Part shown: piece by piece, positions 1-13,675 of the stretch
How the letters are laid out: every line of letters begins with the position of its first letter
Position numbering within the stretch: the stretch's first letter is position 1
Assembly (NCBI RefSeq): GCF_018977255.1
Contig: NW_024704742.1
Coordinates: 91,452,001 to 91,516,000 of the forward strand
Direction: 5' to 3'
Source: Callorhinchus milii
Taxonomy: Eukaryota
DNA: 64,000 bases
The notes under the pieces: model-generated
Databases searched by the model: none
The model's input: the letters and a program-made list of their open reading frames with translations, nothing else
What the model was told of the DNA's origin: nothing
Translations under genes and position numbers: made by a program

Positions 1-2159
1 CACTTACTATACAATAAACATATTTCACACACACTATACAATAAAGTACATTATTAAAATGAAATATTGGTCCATTATAATTGCTGCAGAAGTCTGCAAT
101 TGTTACATGTGTAGTTCAGATCTGTTATGCGTAATATCACTGTGAAACAATCTTATATGCTTTTCAAAAGAACTATCAAATGGCAATCTGATTTGAACCA
201 ATTTTCATCTCTCAGAAGTATTGAGATCTGTAAGGCACTGATCATCGAACAGTGCAAAGGTTTGAGGCAGAAGTGGCCACTGGACCATCTAGCAGCCATC
301 CAGCTTCCAACCAAATGTAACATTCTTTTCATTACTTATTTACAATTGAAAGAATAAGATCAAATTTTTAGTGAACATCGTGGAGTAGATCTCATTCTTT
401 AATCAATAAACATGAGAATACACTTTGGGCACATTCTATTTTTTGCTAAGCAGTCGTGAATGATTTCAAACATTTGCTGTACTGCCTTATTCATCCAGTT
501 TATTGCTATTTATTGTACTTGTGTAAAAATCTGTTTACACAGAGAAAATCTGTTATCATCAATATCATCATTTTTTGGTTTGTACCAGGGTACTTGAAGG
601 TATTGTGATTTAATTCAAATTGATTTGAGAAAGCCAAGTCTAGTTGGTTTCCAGAGATGAAGGAGTGTTTTAAAAATGTTTGATCTGTAAATGGTTATCA
701 GAAGCTTAACATCAATGTATGTCAATGTCCTGCTACAATTGTGCAACAAAAATACATGAAGTTTTACTTATTTTGAGAATTGGAATTTGAGATAATGATT
801 ATTATTATTTTAGAATAAAATGCAGTGGTACATGACTCGGTTCTGTACTAGAAATCATTTCAAATGCTTGATTTTGGCAAATTGCGAAAGAGTTATAAAC
901 CAGCCAAGATTTTTCATGTATCATTTAAGTTAAGAATTTGACTTTTCTTTCATTTAGTGGTGACACCTTTAGATTATATTTTAGTTTTGATAAACATTGG
1001 GGTAAGAACAAATATGTGTCTATGCTGTCACCAACATAGAATGTCAGGATTTATTATTTTTACTTCTGATCCTGCTGATAGTTGATTAAGTGTTCATGAA
1101 CATGTGTTTAATTGGGGTGTTGATGGAGAAGTTTTACTTTAATTGCTTTCCAAAGTTCTCCTTAAATAAAATCTACACTGAAACTGAACTCTGGTCTGCT
1201 CCATTTTGTATGTCATTTTCTTCCTCACTTACGGTCAGCAACTTGCACCTGGTTTTGTTTGTCCATTTTAGGTAGGAAATAAATTTTGTTTCTTTGCAAC
1301 GTCCTGATGTTTGAAATCTTGGAGGTTTGGCAACACTGGAATTGTGTGCAAGAACTGGTGGGTCATTATCATTATGCACAGAGGCATCAAAATGAGAAGA
1401 GATCACAAGAGAAATTACGTGGTCCTTTAGCCCATTCAATCTCATATTTCCAGAATACACACCCAATTGCATTCACATTTCCAGGATCAAGCTGTTTCCT
1501 GGTCTCAAACACCCTTCATGGTAACCCCTTTCTCTGTTGAAAGAAGCACACTTTGATATCTGTCCTAAACATAACCTTCACAGCTGTGAAATTGTGACCT
1601 ATTGTCCTGTCACCTTGGCATATCTGAAGTTAATGGCCCTATTGAGACAAGGAGCTCACCAGTTACAGTGTGAACCTACATCTGCTTGATGGACATTTCT
1701 CAGTTACACCTGATGCAGTCAGAAGCATAAACAAGACTGCCATAAATTACAGACACAGAAATGTATGGACCAGAGAGAATCATTGGCAAATCTATTTTTA
1801 TTACTCATCCTTCAAGTATAATCCTTAAATTGCCATCACTTTAGTAAGCGTGTGTATGCTGTGTGTGATGTGCCAAATATCATTTGGCAAATAAATATGC
1901 ACAGATGTGTGCCAGTTCTCTCAAGTTCCTGCCAAGACTTCTTTACAACCTCATAATCATCCCCAGGTAGAGGTTTGAAGCTGGGAATAATAATATTAAT
2001 ATGAAAAAAACACTAATAAAATGACAGTTCCTGCCAAAAATCCAAAAGTAAAATCATCTTTGCTTTGAAGCTATGACTTGTTAAAGCTGGATTTCCTCAC
2101 TATGTCCATGATGGTACAGATTAATTACAGAGAATGTTACTGGACAGGATGGGGCTACT

Positions 2160-2585
2160 TTGCACATCAAGCGAGACACTTGGGTTCAATTCCAGGCAGG
2201 ACAAAACCTAGGGCAAGTTTCCTTACTCCACACGCCTAATAATAATCCCTCCAAAGCCAAAAACAATAATAAATTGGTCATTTTCAATCTACGACTGTTT
2301 GTGGGACATTGCTGTGCGCAATTGGCTGCCACGTTCGCCCACAAATATACAGTCAATTCACTTTACAGTGTGTTCTGTGAAGCGCTTTGGGACGTCCTCC
2401 CGACGTGAAAAGCGCTATATCAAATGCAAGGATTATTATTATTCTGTGAAGCGCTTTGAGACTTCTAGAAGACATGAAAAGAGCTGTATCAAATGCAAGG
2501 ATTATTATTATTCTGTGAAGCGCTTTGAGACTTCAAGAAGACATGAAAAGCGCTATATCAAATGCAAGGATTATTATTATTATTA
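2160..2585 (+). mobile_element. tRNA-derived SINE, 5' truncated, with a triplicated 69-bp 3' tail
   Basis: B-box GGTTCAATTCC, family body, three tail units starting at about 2373, 2442 and 2511. Confidence 0.9.
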
Positions 2586-4448
2586 AGTCCATAATGTTTT
2601 TCCCCTGCATGGACAATTGCTCCCCATATCCTTAAATAATACTTTAAGCATCTACACCCACAAAACACACAGATCACTGCACTTTACACTAAATCCTATG
2701 AAGGGCTTTGGGATGTCTTCCCGACATGAAAGCTATATCAAATGTTATAATTTTTCCCCCCGTAAAATCTCACAACATATCAATTCACAATGAAATGAAT
2801 GGTGCTAAACAGGTTGGACTCAAGCCAGAACCAGACTGCAACTCTCCATGTAAATGTTTGTAGGTGCTAAATCATTCTGGAATCGATCCATTTATCGAGT
2901 GTTTTATTTCACTAAGACAAGCAGCCAATGGAACAGTCCTAAGCATCAACTGTATTCCAATTTTAATAACCCTTATTTAATTTAGCTCCTTTCACATCAG
3001 GAGGACAACTCAAAGGATTTACTATATTGTGCAGTGACCTTGTATGTTGTAAGGAAATGGCACAGTTCCTTGCAATAGGGATGTACTCTCACAAAATCAC
3101 AAAGGAATTAAGGATAAAGAATGCTTATTTTGATCTTCCTACTTCCTTCTGCTCCCGTTCCTTTAGTGAACTGGTTATGAAGGCCCATCATGACCATGAC
3201 TTCATAACCAGTGATATCAGTTTGGAAAGGATGCTCTCATTGACTGCTTTCCTGGGTTTACAATCTTATCTTGTAAACTATAAAATGACTGTAACAGTGG
3301 AACCCAATCCTCCTTCTTTCTGTTCATAACCAAAACCCATTAATATGATTGCCAGTAAGAGCTAACACCCTCCAACCTGAGTCTATGGGCCATGAAATCC
3401 TGGAAGAAAACAAATGTGTATCAAATCAACAGGTAGATATCAACAGCTGGAGCTAACTAGGAAACAGCGAGGGTCGTTCCGCTCTGATTGTTACATGCAG
3501 TGAATTGAGTGAAGTGAATAAACACGCTTCTTGATGATTGGTAAGCTTGCTGATATTTTGTCCCTGTGTGCTTCTGAAACAGAAACAATGCAATTTTGAA
3601 ATTGTTATTTGATTTCATATTCATAATGCTGTTTAACTTTATTTTAAAATTACATTAAGTTCACTGATAAGTGCACAGGAACAAATTCACTGAGAGTGCA
3701 GAGCAGAACAGCATTTAGCCTACAACTGTGAATCTGCTTCATGGAGCATTGAGTTTGAATCGGTGTATTTGGGCTTACAAGCCAATAGGCATATTATGTT
3801 TAGACTTACTGTTAAAATCCTATTATAAGGATACTTTACACTCAGAAATAAAAGTAGCATCAGTACTGCGTCATTCGTAGATTTCTAGACACCTCTAGAT
3901 TAATGCTATATTACCACTAATCAACTAATGCAACAGAGCAGACTTATCTGATGGTTAAGTAAGATGTAGACATTAAAGAAGGTGCATAATCCTTTGGGGT
4001 CAATCTGGCTGAAATGTAGTGATGTAATCCCTGTTGAATGCAACAACCACAGCAATTAATTGCTGGAGATATTGTTGTTTGGTGTTCAAAGACCTTTCTA
4101 AGTTTTTTAAGCTAAATAGTTGGCCAATATGAATGAACAGGAGCGGAATTACTTGTGTGGAGTTTTATTTTCAAAATTGCCTTGAATTCAGTAGGGGCTA
4201 AACTGAAGTATTAGGACCTTGCTCTTTCAATTCAATCGGATTATTCTTATCACAGAGCAGCACTATATATACTGTATAACCCAAGTTATTTCCCAATCAG
4301 CAGACAGTCTTCACATGTCTTGCCATTTGGCGTTCAATAGCTATTTGCATAGTAAGATATTTGTATATAGAAACCATTTGGCTTGTGCATTGCTGAATAA
4401 GAAACAACTGACAGAAACCGCTGGTGCATTCTGCTATTTCCTAACATC

Positions 4449-4769
4449 ATGTCAAAGAAAACGTCAAATCCTCCTGTCTGCATACAGTTGTTCTCACTGA
4501 TTCTCCTGGTTCTCTTTGGACTTTATTGTGTGTTGAAAGGAGCTTCTTTTGCCTCGTTCAGCTGGTGGTACATATTGGGAGCCTCCTGCATTGTGGCAGC
4601 TGCCTTTGCTTCATTCCGTGTGTATGAGACCTGCGTATTAACATCTTTGAAAGAGACCACTTTGGAACATCCTGAACCTACACCTAAAAGTGATGACCTG
4701 GAAACTGATCTGCAACATCCAGCTGCAATAGGCAAGAGAATACTTACACCGGATGGACTCCACTGTTGA
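4449..4769 (+). CDS. Candidate small two-pass membrane protein (106 aa), possibly TMEM275-like
   Basis: True ATG with A at -3, in non-repeat sequence. Two hydrophobic segments (IQLFSLILLVLFGLYCVLKGA; WWYILGASCIVAAAFASF) are followed by a polar acidic tail. The family resemblance is recalled, not searched. Confidence 0.5.
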   Translation: MSKKTSNPPVCIQLFSLILLVLFGLYCVLKGASFASFSWWYILGASCIVAAAFASFRVYETCVLTSLKETTLEHPEPTPKSDDLETDLQHPAAIGKRILTPDGLHC

Positions 4770-4804
4770 AACTAACACTGTCGTTACTGGCACAACAGTT
4801 ATCT

Positions 4805-5053
4805 CTTAGGCAAGTTTCCTTATTTCATATGCCGCTGTTTACCAAGGAATAAGTCAATTGTCAGATTGCTTTTCAGGGGTAATAATCCCTCCCACCCAAA
4901 AATGTGGTCACTCAATCCACAAATGTTTGTGGGACATTGCTGTGCGCAATTGGCTGCCACTTTATGCTCACTTTAAATATATATTCTGTGAAGCGCTTTG
5001 AGATGTCTCAATGACTTGATAAGGCTCTATATCAAATGCAAAGATTATTATTA
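4805..5053 (+). mobile_element. SINE, long form, headless and diverged
   Basis: ggcaagtttcctta...gtgggacattgctgtgcgcaattggctgcc...aaatgcaaagattattatta. Confidence 0.8.
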
Positions 5054-6914
5054 ATTTGGATATTCATATTTTTCCTGACCGGCTGGGTAAAACTCTTGGA
5101 ACTTTTAATGTCTAGTTTGGATGATCCAAACCAAATGATCCCTTGAGAAGGAAACCTCTCCTCACCCTTTCCAGAATATCTCCCCTCTGCTCCTGAAGGT
5201 GTTGACATATAATGATCTGCACTTTTAGATTACAGGCAGCAAATCTTCTCCAGCACCTTCACCATGCCCAAGTGCCCATACTTGACATGTGAGCATAGAC
5301 AGTGAGTATGAGCAACCTATTCACCAGGGCTGGGGAGGGGAATTCACAGTCAAGTCCAACTCTGTCCTCACACAACGTCCACAAACAAACCTTCCAACAG
5401 ATAAAAGTGGACAGTGCAGTGCTCAAGAATGGTAATCCTGTCTGATTTTCTCCCCCAATAGATACTGAGGCAAATTGTAGTACAGTATAATGCTGTCACA
5501 GCTGAGATCACAAACAACTGGAGAAATCTTTGGGATATTTTCTAATAAATGATTTGCCAAAGTAATAGCGGTGTTTATACATTGTATTTGTAACTATAAC
5601 TTAGTACAGTTACCTTAACCCTAATGTGGAATAATTATTCATGTCAGGATTATGCAGCTACTTTAGATTCATGCTCTACGTTCATCCCTTTGCCGATCAC
5701 ATCCCAAGGGTGCTCCTTGGCACATCAATCTCAGAAGAGCATTGGAAACATTTGTCAAAATCCACAGGCTGCATTATCCCACAACCTCAATATAAAAAAT
5801 TTAGCTTTTATAAAAAGTCCCTTTCAATTTGGAGTTCAAAACTGTTTGTGACTTCTGTAAAAAAAAGTTTAATTGTGAAAAAAGTGATCATTATAATTGT
5901 TTGGATGGTTGTTTTGAACTTTGAAAGCGTATGAAATGAATTATTGTAGATATGAAATGTTTGTTATTTAGAACTATTGGAAACAACCGAGGCAATCTCT
6001 GACCAAAAGTACAATAAAATATATCAGAACTTATTGTCATTAATTGGTGTTAAGTATTATTATGAGCAATTAACCTGAGTTACAACGTATTCTTGCGATG
6101 CAAACCTCTCACATCCTTTTGGCAAGCTTTTAACTCAGTGATGTACAAGACCAGAAAAACATTGGTGTCCATCAAACACTGCTCTACCTCTCATAATCCT
6201 CAATTGATTTTTATAACATGTAACTATCTAACTCTCTCTTGAATTTGCTGACACAATCTACCGCCACTTATATCATGAGTAGCCCTTGCTTCTTATCCAC
6301 TATTTTCTGTCTAAAATAATTAAATGGTCCATTTGTCTCTCTCTCTTCTGAGATTGAGCCCATGTCCTGAGGAATTATCCTGCAAACGCTGGAAATCAAA
6401 AATACTAATAATCCTTGCATTTGAGAAGCGCCTTATCACATTGTTGAGACATCTCAAAGCGCTTCACAGAATATACTGTAAAGTGTAGTGACTGTGTATT
6501 TTGTGGGCGAAACGCGTCAGCCAATTATGCATTGCAGTGCTCCACAAACAGTCAAGGGTTACATTTACACAGCGCCTTTCAAGTCGGGAGGAGTAAAAGC
6601 AAAAATTGTTAAAAGTGCAGAGTAAGTCAACCGTTATTTGAAATAGAAATATAAGTAATAAATTTTGGACTTTGAACTCATCGGCCAGCAGTTGCCAACT
6701 CTAGTCTATCGCCACTATGTGGTGCTCTCGCACATCATCAAAATAACAAGTGGAATGAGAACTGCATAATTATTTAATTAGATTAGAAACAAAACATAAA
6801 GTATTTCATATACTTATCTCGAAATAATTGTGGTAAATATCGCTTCTTCCTCTTATCTTTATTAAGCAAGCGCAAGTGGACACCTAGTGGTGATCGACCG
6901 GTTGGAGACCCCTA

Positions 6915-7115
6915 GTTTAGGCTGACACTCCATTGTAGTGCTGAGGGAGTGATGCATTTGTGGTGGTGCTGTTGTTTGGATGAAAGGTTAAACTGAGGTG
7001 TTGTCTTCCTGTTCACAAAATAGTCAATTCACTTTACAGTATATACTGTGAAGTGTTTGAGATATCTCGAAGATGTGATAAGGTGCTATATCACATGCAA
7101 GGATTAACATTATTA
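6915..7115 (+). mobile_element. Old Deu-domain SINE remnant
   Basis: aggctgacactccattgtagtgctgagggagtgatgca resembles the DeuSINE central domain (recalled) and carries the shared L2-type tail. Confidence 0.6.
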
Positions 7116-7900
7116 GTATAACCGGCTGAACCTTAAAAATCAATTTACAGGAAATTGTGAGACACTTTCAATTATTAGGAAATGATAACATGCTATCGGT
7201 TTGTTATGTTGCCACATATGCATACAAAAAACAGTCACTGCACTTTACACAGTAAATCCTGTGAAGCTCTTTGTGATGTTCTCCCGACATGAAAGGTGTT
7301 ATACCAAATCAAAGGATTATTATTCTTATATCAAACACAGAATCTCTCCAATGTAGAACTGGGGGAGTACTGTGCATGTGGAGGACAGCACCTCCACAAA
7401 TGTAGCACTCCCCCAGCACTACATTCGAGCCTCAGCCTAGACTATTGAAGTCAGACATTTGAGAGCTCAGAGCCAAATTTGTTACTTAAATTTCTATTTC
7501 AAGATGTGGTTGGCCTGATCTGCAGGTTCAACAGATTCTGCTTTAATTTCAGATTTCCAGCATTCTCCATTTTGCAGGACTAATGGGCTCAATCCCAGAA
7601 AAGAGGGAGGGAAAGAGAGAAAGAGATGAACACAAAGATTATTGTCACTCAATAAGATTTCAGTAACTGAGTTGATTGACCTGTTGTGGATTCCCCTTAT
7701 TTTCTGGTCTAATTGAACTGGGAAGGGAATAGATTTCAAGCCACACACAGTTAAGGTGTCTGTGGTAACATTGAATGGGAATGGGCTGAGCAGCAGGTGT
7801 TTGCAGTGACTGGAGAGGGGGCCTATGTTAAATATCTGGGTTAGACAGTGTGGCTGGAGGGAGGGAGGTTTGTTACTCTCTCTCTCTGGAGGCTGGCGAG

Positions 7901-8020
7901 ATGCTGAGATCTGCTGGCTTTTTCTGGATTTCTCCTGCCCTTTTCTGAGCTGTGACTCCTGTCAGCGCCCCTTCTGTCACTTTAGACATGCCAGCCAAGC
8001 AGCCTGTGTTGTAGCCCAGG
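7901..8020 (+). CDS. REXO1-like exon 1 (contains a 1-nt frameshift at T5, 7919-7923)
   Basis: ATG CTG AGA TCT GCT GGC TTT gives MLRSAGF; the next frame gives LDFSCPFLSCDSCQRPFCHFRH. Donor G|gtaagg, phase 1. Confidence 0.85.
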
Positions 8021-9636
8021 GTAAGGAGGAGGGGAGCCAGGGGCAGGCAGCACACAGCAGCTCCACACTGCAGGAGGGAGGCCAAGTGCAATTGGTCCAA
8101 AAATGTTGCTTAACTGTGCATGCATTCACTTTTTTTCTTGTTAAAATTTGATGCAAATCTATCCATTTGGTAAGACAGGGATAGCTATCTGATTAATGCA
8201 TATTATCCTATTAATTTTCACCTGTTTGATGCTGGTTATTTTTTGCTAGCATTCCCCTCAGTGGGATTGAGTTGAATTAAGAAGAATTTAATGATAATTT
8301 AATAATTGGAATTCAGGTACAGATCAGCCATGATCAAATAGTATGTTGGAACAGGCTCGAGGGGCTTAATGGCCTACTCCTGGTCTTTTATTCCTATATG
8401 TTCCTATGATAGGTTGGTTGGTTAGTGGCCACATGCTCAGGTGATGGTGTTTTAAGGGAATTATTTATCCCCTCAGTTTTCCTTTCTTATTACTTAAGGG
8501 GGTGACTGGTGTTTGACTGAGTTTTGTGGATGTTGCCATCCACACTTTAGTGGTCACCCCAAGGTGTGTGATCCTGGGCAGCTGTTTTGACTGCCCAGGG
8601 CATCCCAGCTGATCCAGTGCAGACCTCAAGAGACCTACCTGCAATTTAATAATTTGTTGTTCGTGTAGTCTGGCTTTGGGTATTCTTAAATTGATGGGTT
8701 TCTGCATGCGTCAGATATCTGGCTGACCAAAAACAACATTGGTTAGCAAACTAATCAGCAGTGTGTTCTGAGCTTTTCCATCCCCTTTAAATTTAAAATA
8801 ACTCTGCATATGCCAGGGGATGAAATCTGGGGCTATTCTGGTTTGTATAGCTCAGAGCCAAATTTCATGGTCAGTTTAACCATTAAGCTACCCTAGGGTC
8901 TAATGTTTTTTTCATTTGGGCATGATGGTCACCATTTATGTTAATTCCTGTCCTGGTATTAGAGAGGTGTTTATCTGTTCTTTATTCTGGTGTAGAAAGA
9001 CGGATTTATTTTTAACATTATTGAAAGAGGAGGAGCGAAGGCAAGTATCGCCAGCCTTGCTTTTTCTGTCTGTACAATGTTTGCCTTGTAGTTGAGCTTT
9101 TTATGTTGCCTTGATTATAAGGATATCTTCCAAGAAACCTTTCCTTGTGTGTTATAACTGTCCTGATCTCCTGCCACTTGGAACTATTGGGGATTGGGAT
9201 GCTACACTGTGTGACTGGCATTATATACATGCAAGTTGTTGTTGACTGTGTGGTCAGAGTAGCTGCTCCTCAAATTAAACTAACCTGCATTAGTCCTTTA
9301 GATAATTTAAATGGTTGTTCTTTGATTTTTTTTCAGGCTTTGAGAAGAGACTGTAATTTGTGCCATGGTGCCGGGTACAGGAAGTATAATACTAGCACTC
9401 CCTTTACTGATCACTGACTAATAACCATCTGGAAAGTGCATGTGTATGGACAGGATTTTGATCTGACTCTTCAGCATCTTCATATTGCAGTTGAGGCTCA
9501 CAAATGAAGCTTAAGGAGTTGGATAGCTAATTGTACCGTAGAACTTCTAAGATGTATTCCACTGGGAGACAGTTTAAAAAAAATTGTTTTTCCTCCTTTC
9601 ATTCGAAACTCTTTGGATAATTCCTTGATTGAGCTA

Positions 9637-9931
9637 TAATGATCTTTGCATTTGATAAAGCGCTTTTCATGTCTTCTAGACGTCTCAAAGTGCTTCACAG
9701 AATATACTGTAAAGTGAATTGACTGTACATTTGTGGGTGAAATGCAGCAGCCAATTGCGCATAGCAGTGTCCCACAAACAGTCGTAGATTGTTTGACCAA
9801 TTTTTTTTTTAAGGGATTGTTATCAGGCGGGTGGAGTAAGGAAACGTGCCCAAGCTTTCGCCCTGCTGGGAATCGAACCCAGGCTTCTCGCTTGTGAGGC
9901 GAATGCTCTAACCACTGAGCTACAGGACTCC
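9637..9931 (-). mobile_element. tRNA-derived SINE
   Basis: Reverse complement of the GGAGTCCTGTAGCTCAGTGGTTAGAGC head, body and tail. Confidence 0.9.
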
Positions 9932-10196
9932 ACAGCTAGTGGGTTAATAACTTCTCTGGCCTTTGCTTCTGCTGTTTAGCTGACCAGTAGGTGGTGTATG
10001 GCAGGGTGGGCTGGGTAACTTACCATCTAATATTTATTTCCTTCTTTTCTCTATAGAGAAAGCTTTGTTTCTCTGTTTGCCTTAATAAATAATTTTGAGA
10101 CATAAATCTGTTCTTGCCCGACCTCCTACCAGTTTGGAATCTCACTTTGCTTTTACTCTGGGAACGATCGGAAGCACTGTGCTACCCTGCACGAGT

Positions 10197-10568
10197 GGAT
10201 TCTTGTAGCTTAGTGGTTGGAACGCTCGTTTCACAAGCGAGAGGACCTGGGCTCGATTCCCGGGTGGGGCAAAACCTTGGGCAGATTTCCTTACTCCACA
10301 CACCTCTGTTTACCTAGCAGTAAGTAGGAGGTCAGGTGTTAGTCGATTGGCCGATCATTTTCCTGGGGCAATAATCCCTCCCAATAAAAATAATAATTTG
10401 GTCCCCGTTGTGGGACACTGCTGTGCACCAATTGGCTGCCGCGTTTCTCCCACGAAATAGTCAATTCACTTTACAGTATATTCTGTGAAGCGCTTTGAGA
10501 CATTTCAAAGAAGTGATAAGGCGCTATATCAAATATAAATATATTATATAAATGCAAGTTGTTGTTGA
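10197..10568 (+). mobile_element. tRNA-derived SINE, long form
   Basis: A/B boxes, internal cctctgtttacctagcagtaagtagg segment, (TTG)n tail. Confidence 0.88.
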
Positions 10569-10863
10569 TCAGCTGGTACATCTGGGTAGATCTTGACCCA
10601 TTTCATTGAGAACCTGATGGTTTTAATGTGTCACATTACCCTTTTTTAAAAAAAGATATGTTGGTTTTTTGTTACTGTTTTCATTTCATGGCTGAGTTTC
10701 TGTTTTTAACACACCAAATTTTCTTTGTAGACTAATATGTCTAGAATGTTTAGAAACCCAAATGAAGGCAACTATTTATAGTTTCCATTGACTTGATAAT
10801 GTGTATTCTCTCCTTGATTACAGTAATCAATCTTGTGTACTAGGTCTTAATTTTTTTTAACAG

Positions 10864-12629
10864 ACTCTGTAGCTGTGCCATCCGAATTTGAATTCTCTAC
10901 AGCTGTGGGTCTTAAGGTATTGGAGGAGCAAAATGATTTGCCCAAATTGCCTGAAGTTGCGCATACAGTGCTTGAATTGGAAAAGGTCAGCAAAGCTATT
11001 GAGGTGGTCAAGAGTGAGGTGCAAGAGCAACAGCAGAAGCTTTTGAAGTATAAGTCGTTGCTGGAATGTGAGTCGTGTGACTCGATGACCCCATCGACAA
11101 GCAATGACTATAACTACAGCTCTCCTACTCCTAAGGTGAAGAATGTTTTACCATCTCTTCAGCGTGTATCAGTGTGTGAAGTACCAGATGCCCAATTCAA
11201 CCACATTATCTTCAATCCAACTTCGATATCTAACAGTTCTGTAAGTAAGAGCTCACTCAGTGATTTGACTGAGCAAGCTGAAGAGAAACATTTATTTCAG
11301 CATGAAACCATGGCCATTTCCAAGACAACACACAGTGAGTGCACAGATCTGCATAATAAGTATATGAATGGTAATCACAGGCTATGCAATGACTTAGAGT
11401 ATGACCCACTGATGAACTATTCTACTAATTTTGGGAGCCAATATCTCGGGAAGCAAAATATGGAGGAAAAGGAACGATTTCAGAGTTCCATTGAGCACAA
11501 CCATGAAAAGAGGCACTCGCTAGCATCCAAAAGAGCGAGGAGCTCTGAATCAGAATTCAGTTTGCAGGAGTCATCTGATGAGCTTGTTATTGATATTCCA
11601 GAAATTCCACCCCTTGTGAAGGAGTTTGCAACCAGGAAGAGAAATGCTAAATGTTTAAAATCAGCAGTAAGCTTGCAGGAATCTGACGATGATGATGATA
11701 TTCCTAAGATGCCTCTTTCCATTCAAAAGCCAGCTGCCAAGAAGAGGTTCCAGAGTGAGAGAACTGATAATACTATTTTGAATCTTAGTTTAATTCGTAA
11801 AGTAAGGCAGCGCAAGAAGGCTGAGGCCACCGCTCTACTGGTGGACGTGAGAAAATCAACGACTGATACCGATGGCTTTTCAGCAATGAAGGATGGTAAC
11901 AGCAAATGTGGTATCTATTCAGGGGATTTGCAAGAAAAACAAAAATGTAACTCAAATGAGAGCAATCCATTCACCTTAACAGATGGTCCCGTGAATGAGA
12001 GCAGCAGAAGCTATGGGCTTCCGAGCAAATCTGGAAAAAGAAAGCTGTTGGGTCTAGAAATGGTTAAAAAGATAAATTCGGGGACTTGTGCAAATGCCAC
12101 TAAACCTGCAAAATCTCTGGATCAGGAACTTGGAAGTGAATTTATACCTGATGAGTCCAAAGTGGTGTGTCAGAAACGTGAAGCTATGAAAGAAAAAATC
12201 TATGAAGAATCGCATTACAGAGCGTCCAAGAGACTGCCTGAAACCAGCTACACAAATCTGGAAGTCAATTGGCAGACTGCATGCACTGTACTGAAGTGCA
12301 GTGGTCAGGGTGCTGTCAATGAGAGCAAATACAGTGATGACTTGGGTAACAATACCTCAAGGATCAATCAGCAAGGACAAAAGTGGCCGAACCAAGGTGA
12401 CATTTTTGATGATGAAAAAGGGGCTGAGGGTTTGAAAAAGGGAGATGAGAGTCTACGAAATACAATTGATAGAGGGGAGGAATTGTCTCTTTCAGAGGAA
12501 GATGTGTCCAGTTCACTTTTAGATGAAGATCTAGACTTTTCTGAATCTGACCCAATGGAGGAATGCTTTAGGATTTTTAATGAATCCTCCAAACAAGAAA
12601 CTAAAGACAGTGGAACAGAAGCTAAACAG
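10864..12629 (+). CDS. REXO1-like exon 2 (large, mostly low-complexity)
   Basis: 598-aa ORF. Acceptor ttttaacag| is phase 1, donor CAG|gtattt. Motifs LELEKVSKAIEVVKSEV, LEYDPLMNYS, DPMEECFRIFNES. Confidence 0.92.
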
Positions 12630-12839
12630 GTATTTACTGTATGTTTACATTGTCTCTTTTGGAAAGACTAAAACACTGAACATTTTGTTAAAAGTTGAAT
12701 ACTTCATACATAAGATGATTGTCTAACTTATTGATTTTGGTCAGTTGTGTTTTCTACGTGTATTTTTGTAATATGTGTGTGTATATATATACACAAAAGC
12801 ACAAATTATTTGGTAATTGCAGTATATTAAAGAAGCAAT

Positions 12840-13200
12840 AATAATTGCATTTGATATAGTGTCTTGTCTCAAGACATCTCAAAGTGCTTCACAGGATTTA
12901 TTATAAAGTGGTGTAATTGGCTTTTGTGGGTGATCTCAGCAAAATTTGTCACAGCAATGCCCCACAAACAGCCAAGCAGTGAGTGACTTAATTTTATTTG
13001 GGATTTGTTAGCCAGGACACTGAGAGAAACTCAATTCCTTTTTTTTTTTTTTTTTTTTTGAAATGTTGCTATGGGATCTTTATCAGCCACCTGGACAGGC
13101 AGGTGGGACATAGTTTTAATGTCTCATTTGAAGGATGGCACCTCAGACAATGCAGTTTACTCCCAGCACTGTATTTGAATGTCAGCATACACAAGTTGGA
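12840..13200 (-). mobile_element. Old Deu-domain SINE
   Basis: Reverse-complement tail plus Deu-like segment; similar to 42540-42925. Confidence 0.6.
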
Positions 13201-13296
13201 ACATAGACAACTTTAAAGTCAGTGGTATTTGCCTACAAAATACAGTTGCTAAACTTTACAGTATATTCTGTGAAGAGGTTTGAGACATATGTAGGT

Positions 13297-13550
13297 CGTA
13301 TTCCAGGCAGGGCGAAACCTTGGGCAAGTTTCCTTACTCCACACGCCTAATAATAATAATCCCTCCAAAAACAATAATAAATTGGTCATTTTCAATCTAC
13401 GACTGTTTGTGGGACATTGCTGTGCACAATTGGCTGCCGCGTTCGCCCACACATATACAGTCAATTCACTTTACAGTGTGTTCTGTGAAGCGCTTTGGGA
13501 CATCCTCCCGATGTGAAAAGCGCTATATCAAATGCAAGGATTATTATTAT
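13297..13550 (+). mobile_element. SINE, short form, 5' truncated
   Basis: Near identical to the body of 28401-28713. Confidence 0.9.
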
Positions 13551-13675
13551 ATTCATGCGTGGACCTCTGTCTGGTTTGGATATCCTCAAACATGGGGTCT
13601 GGTTTCGCCCCCCCCCCAAAAAATAGGATTTCAAATTGAATTTTGTGCTGCCGCATTAGGAGAGTAGAGCAGTTC

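Noticed and set aside
2373..2585. CRISPR-like regular repeats
   Set aside because: Tandem SINE tails with no unique spacers, in a vertebrate genome with no cas genes.
13320..13667. Recurrent ORFs MGKFPYST..., MTVYLWANAAANC..., ...KCKDYYYY
   Set aside because: Chance translations of SINE copies.
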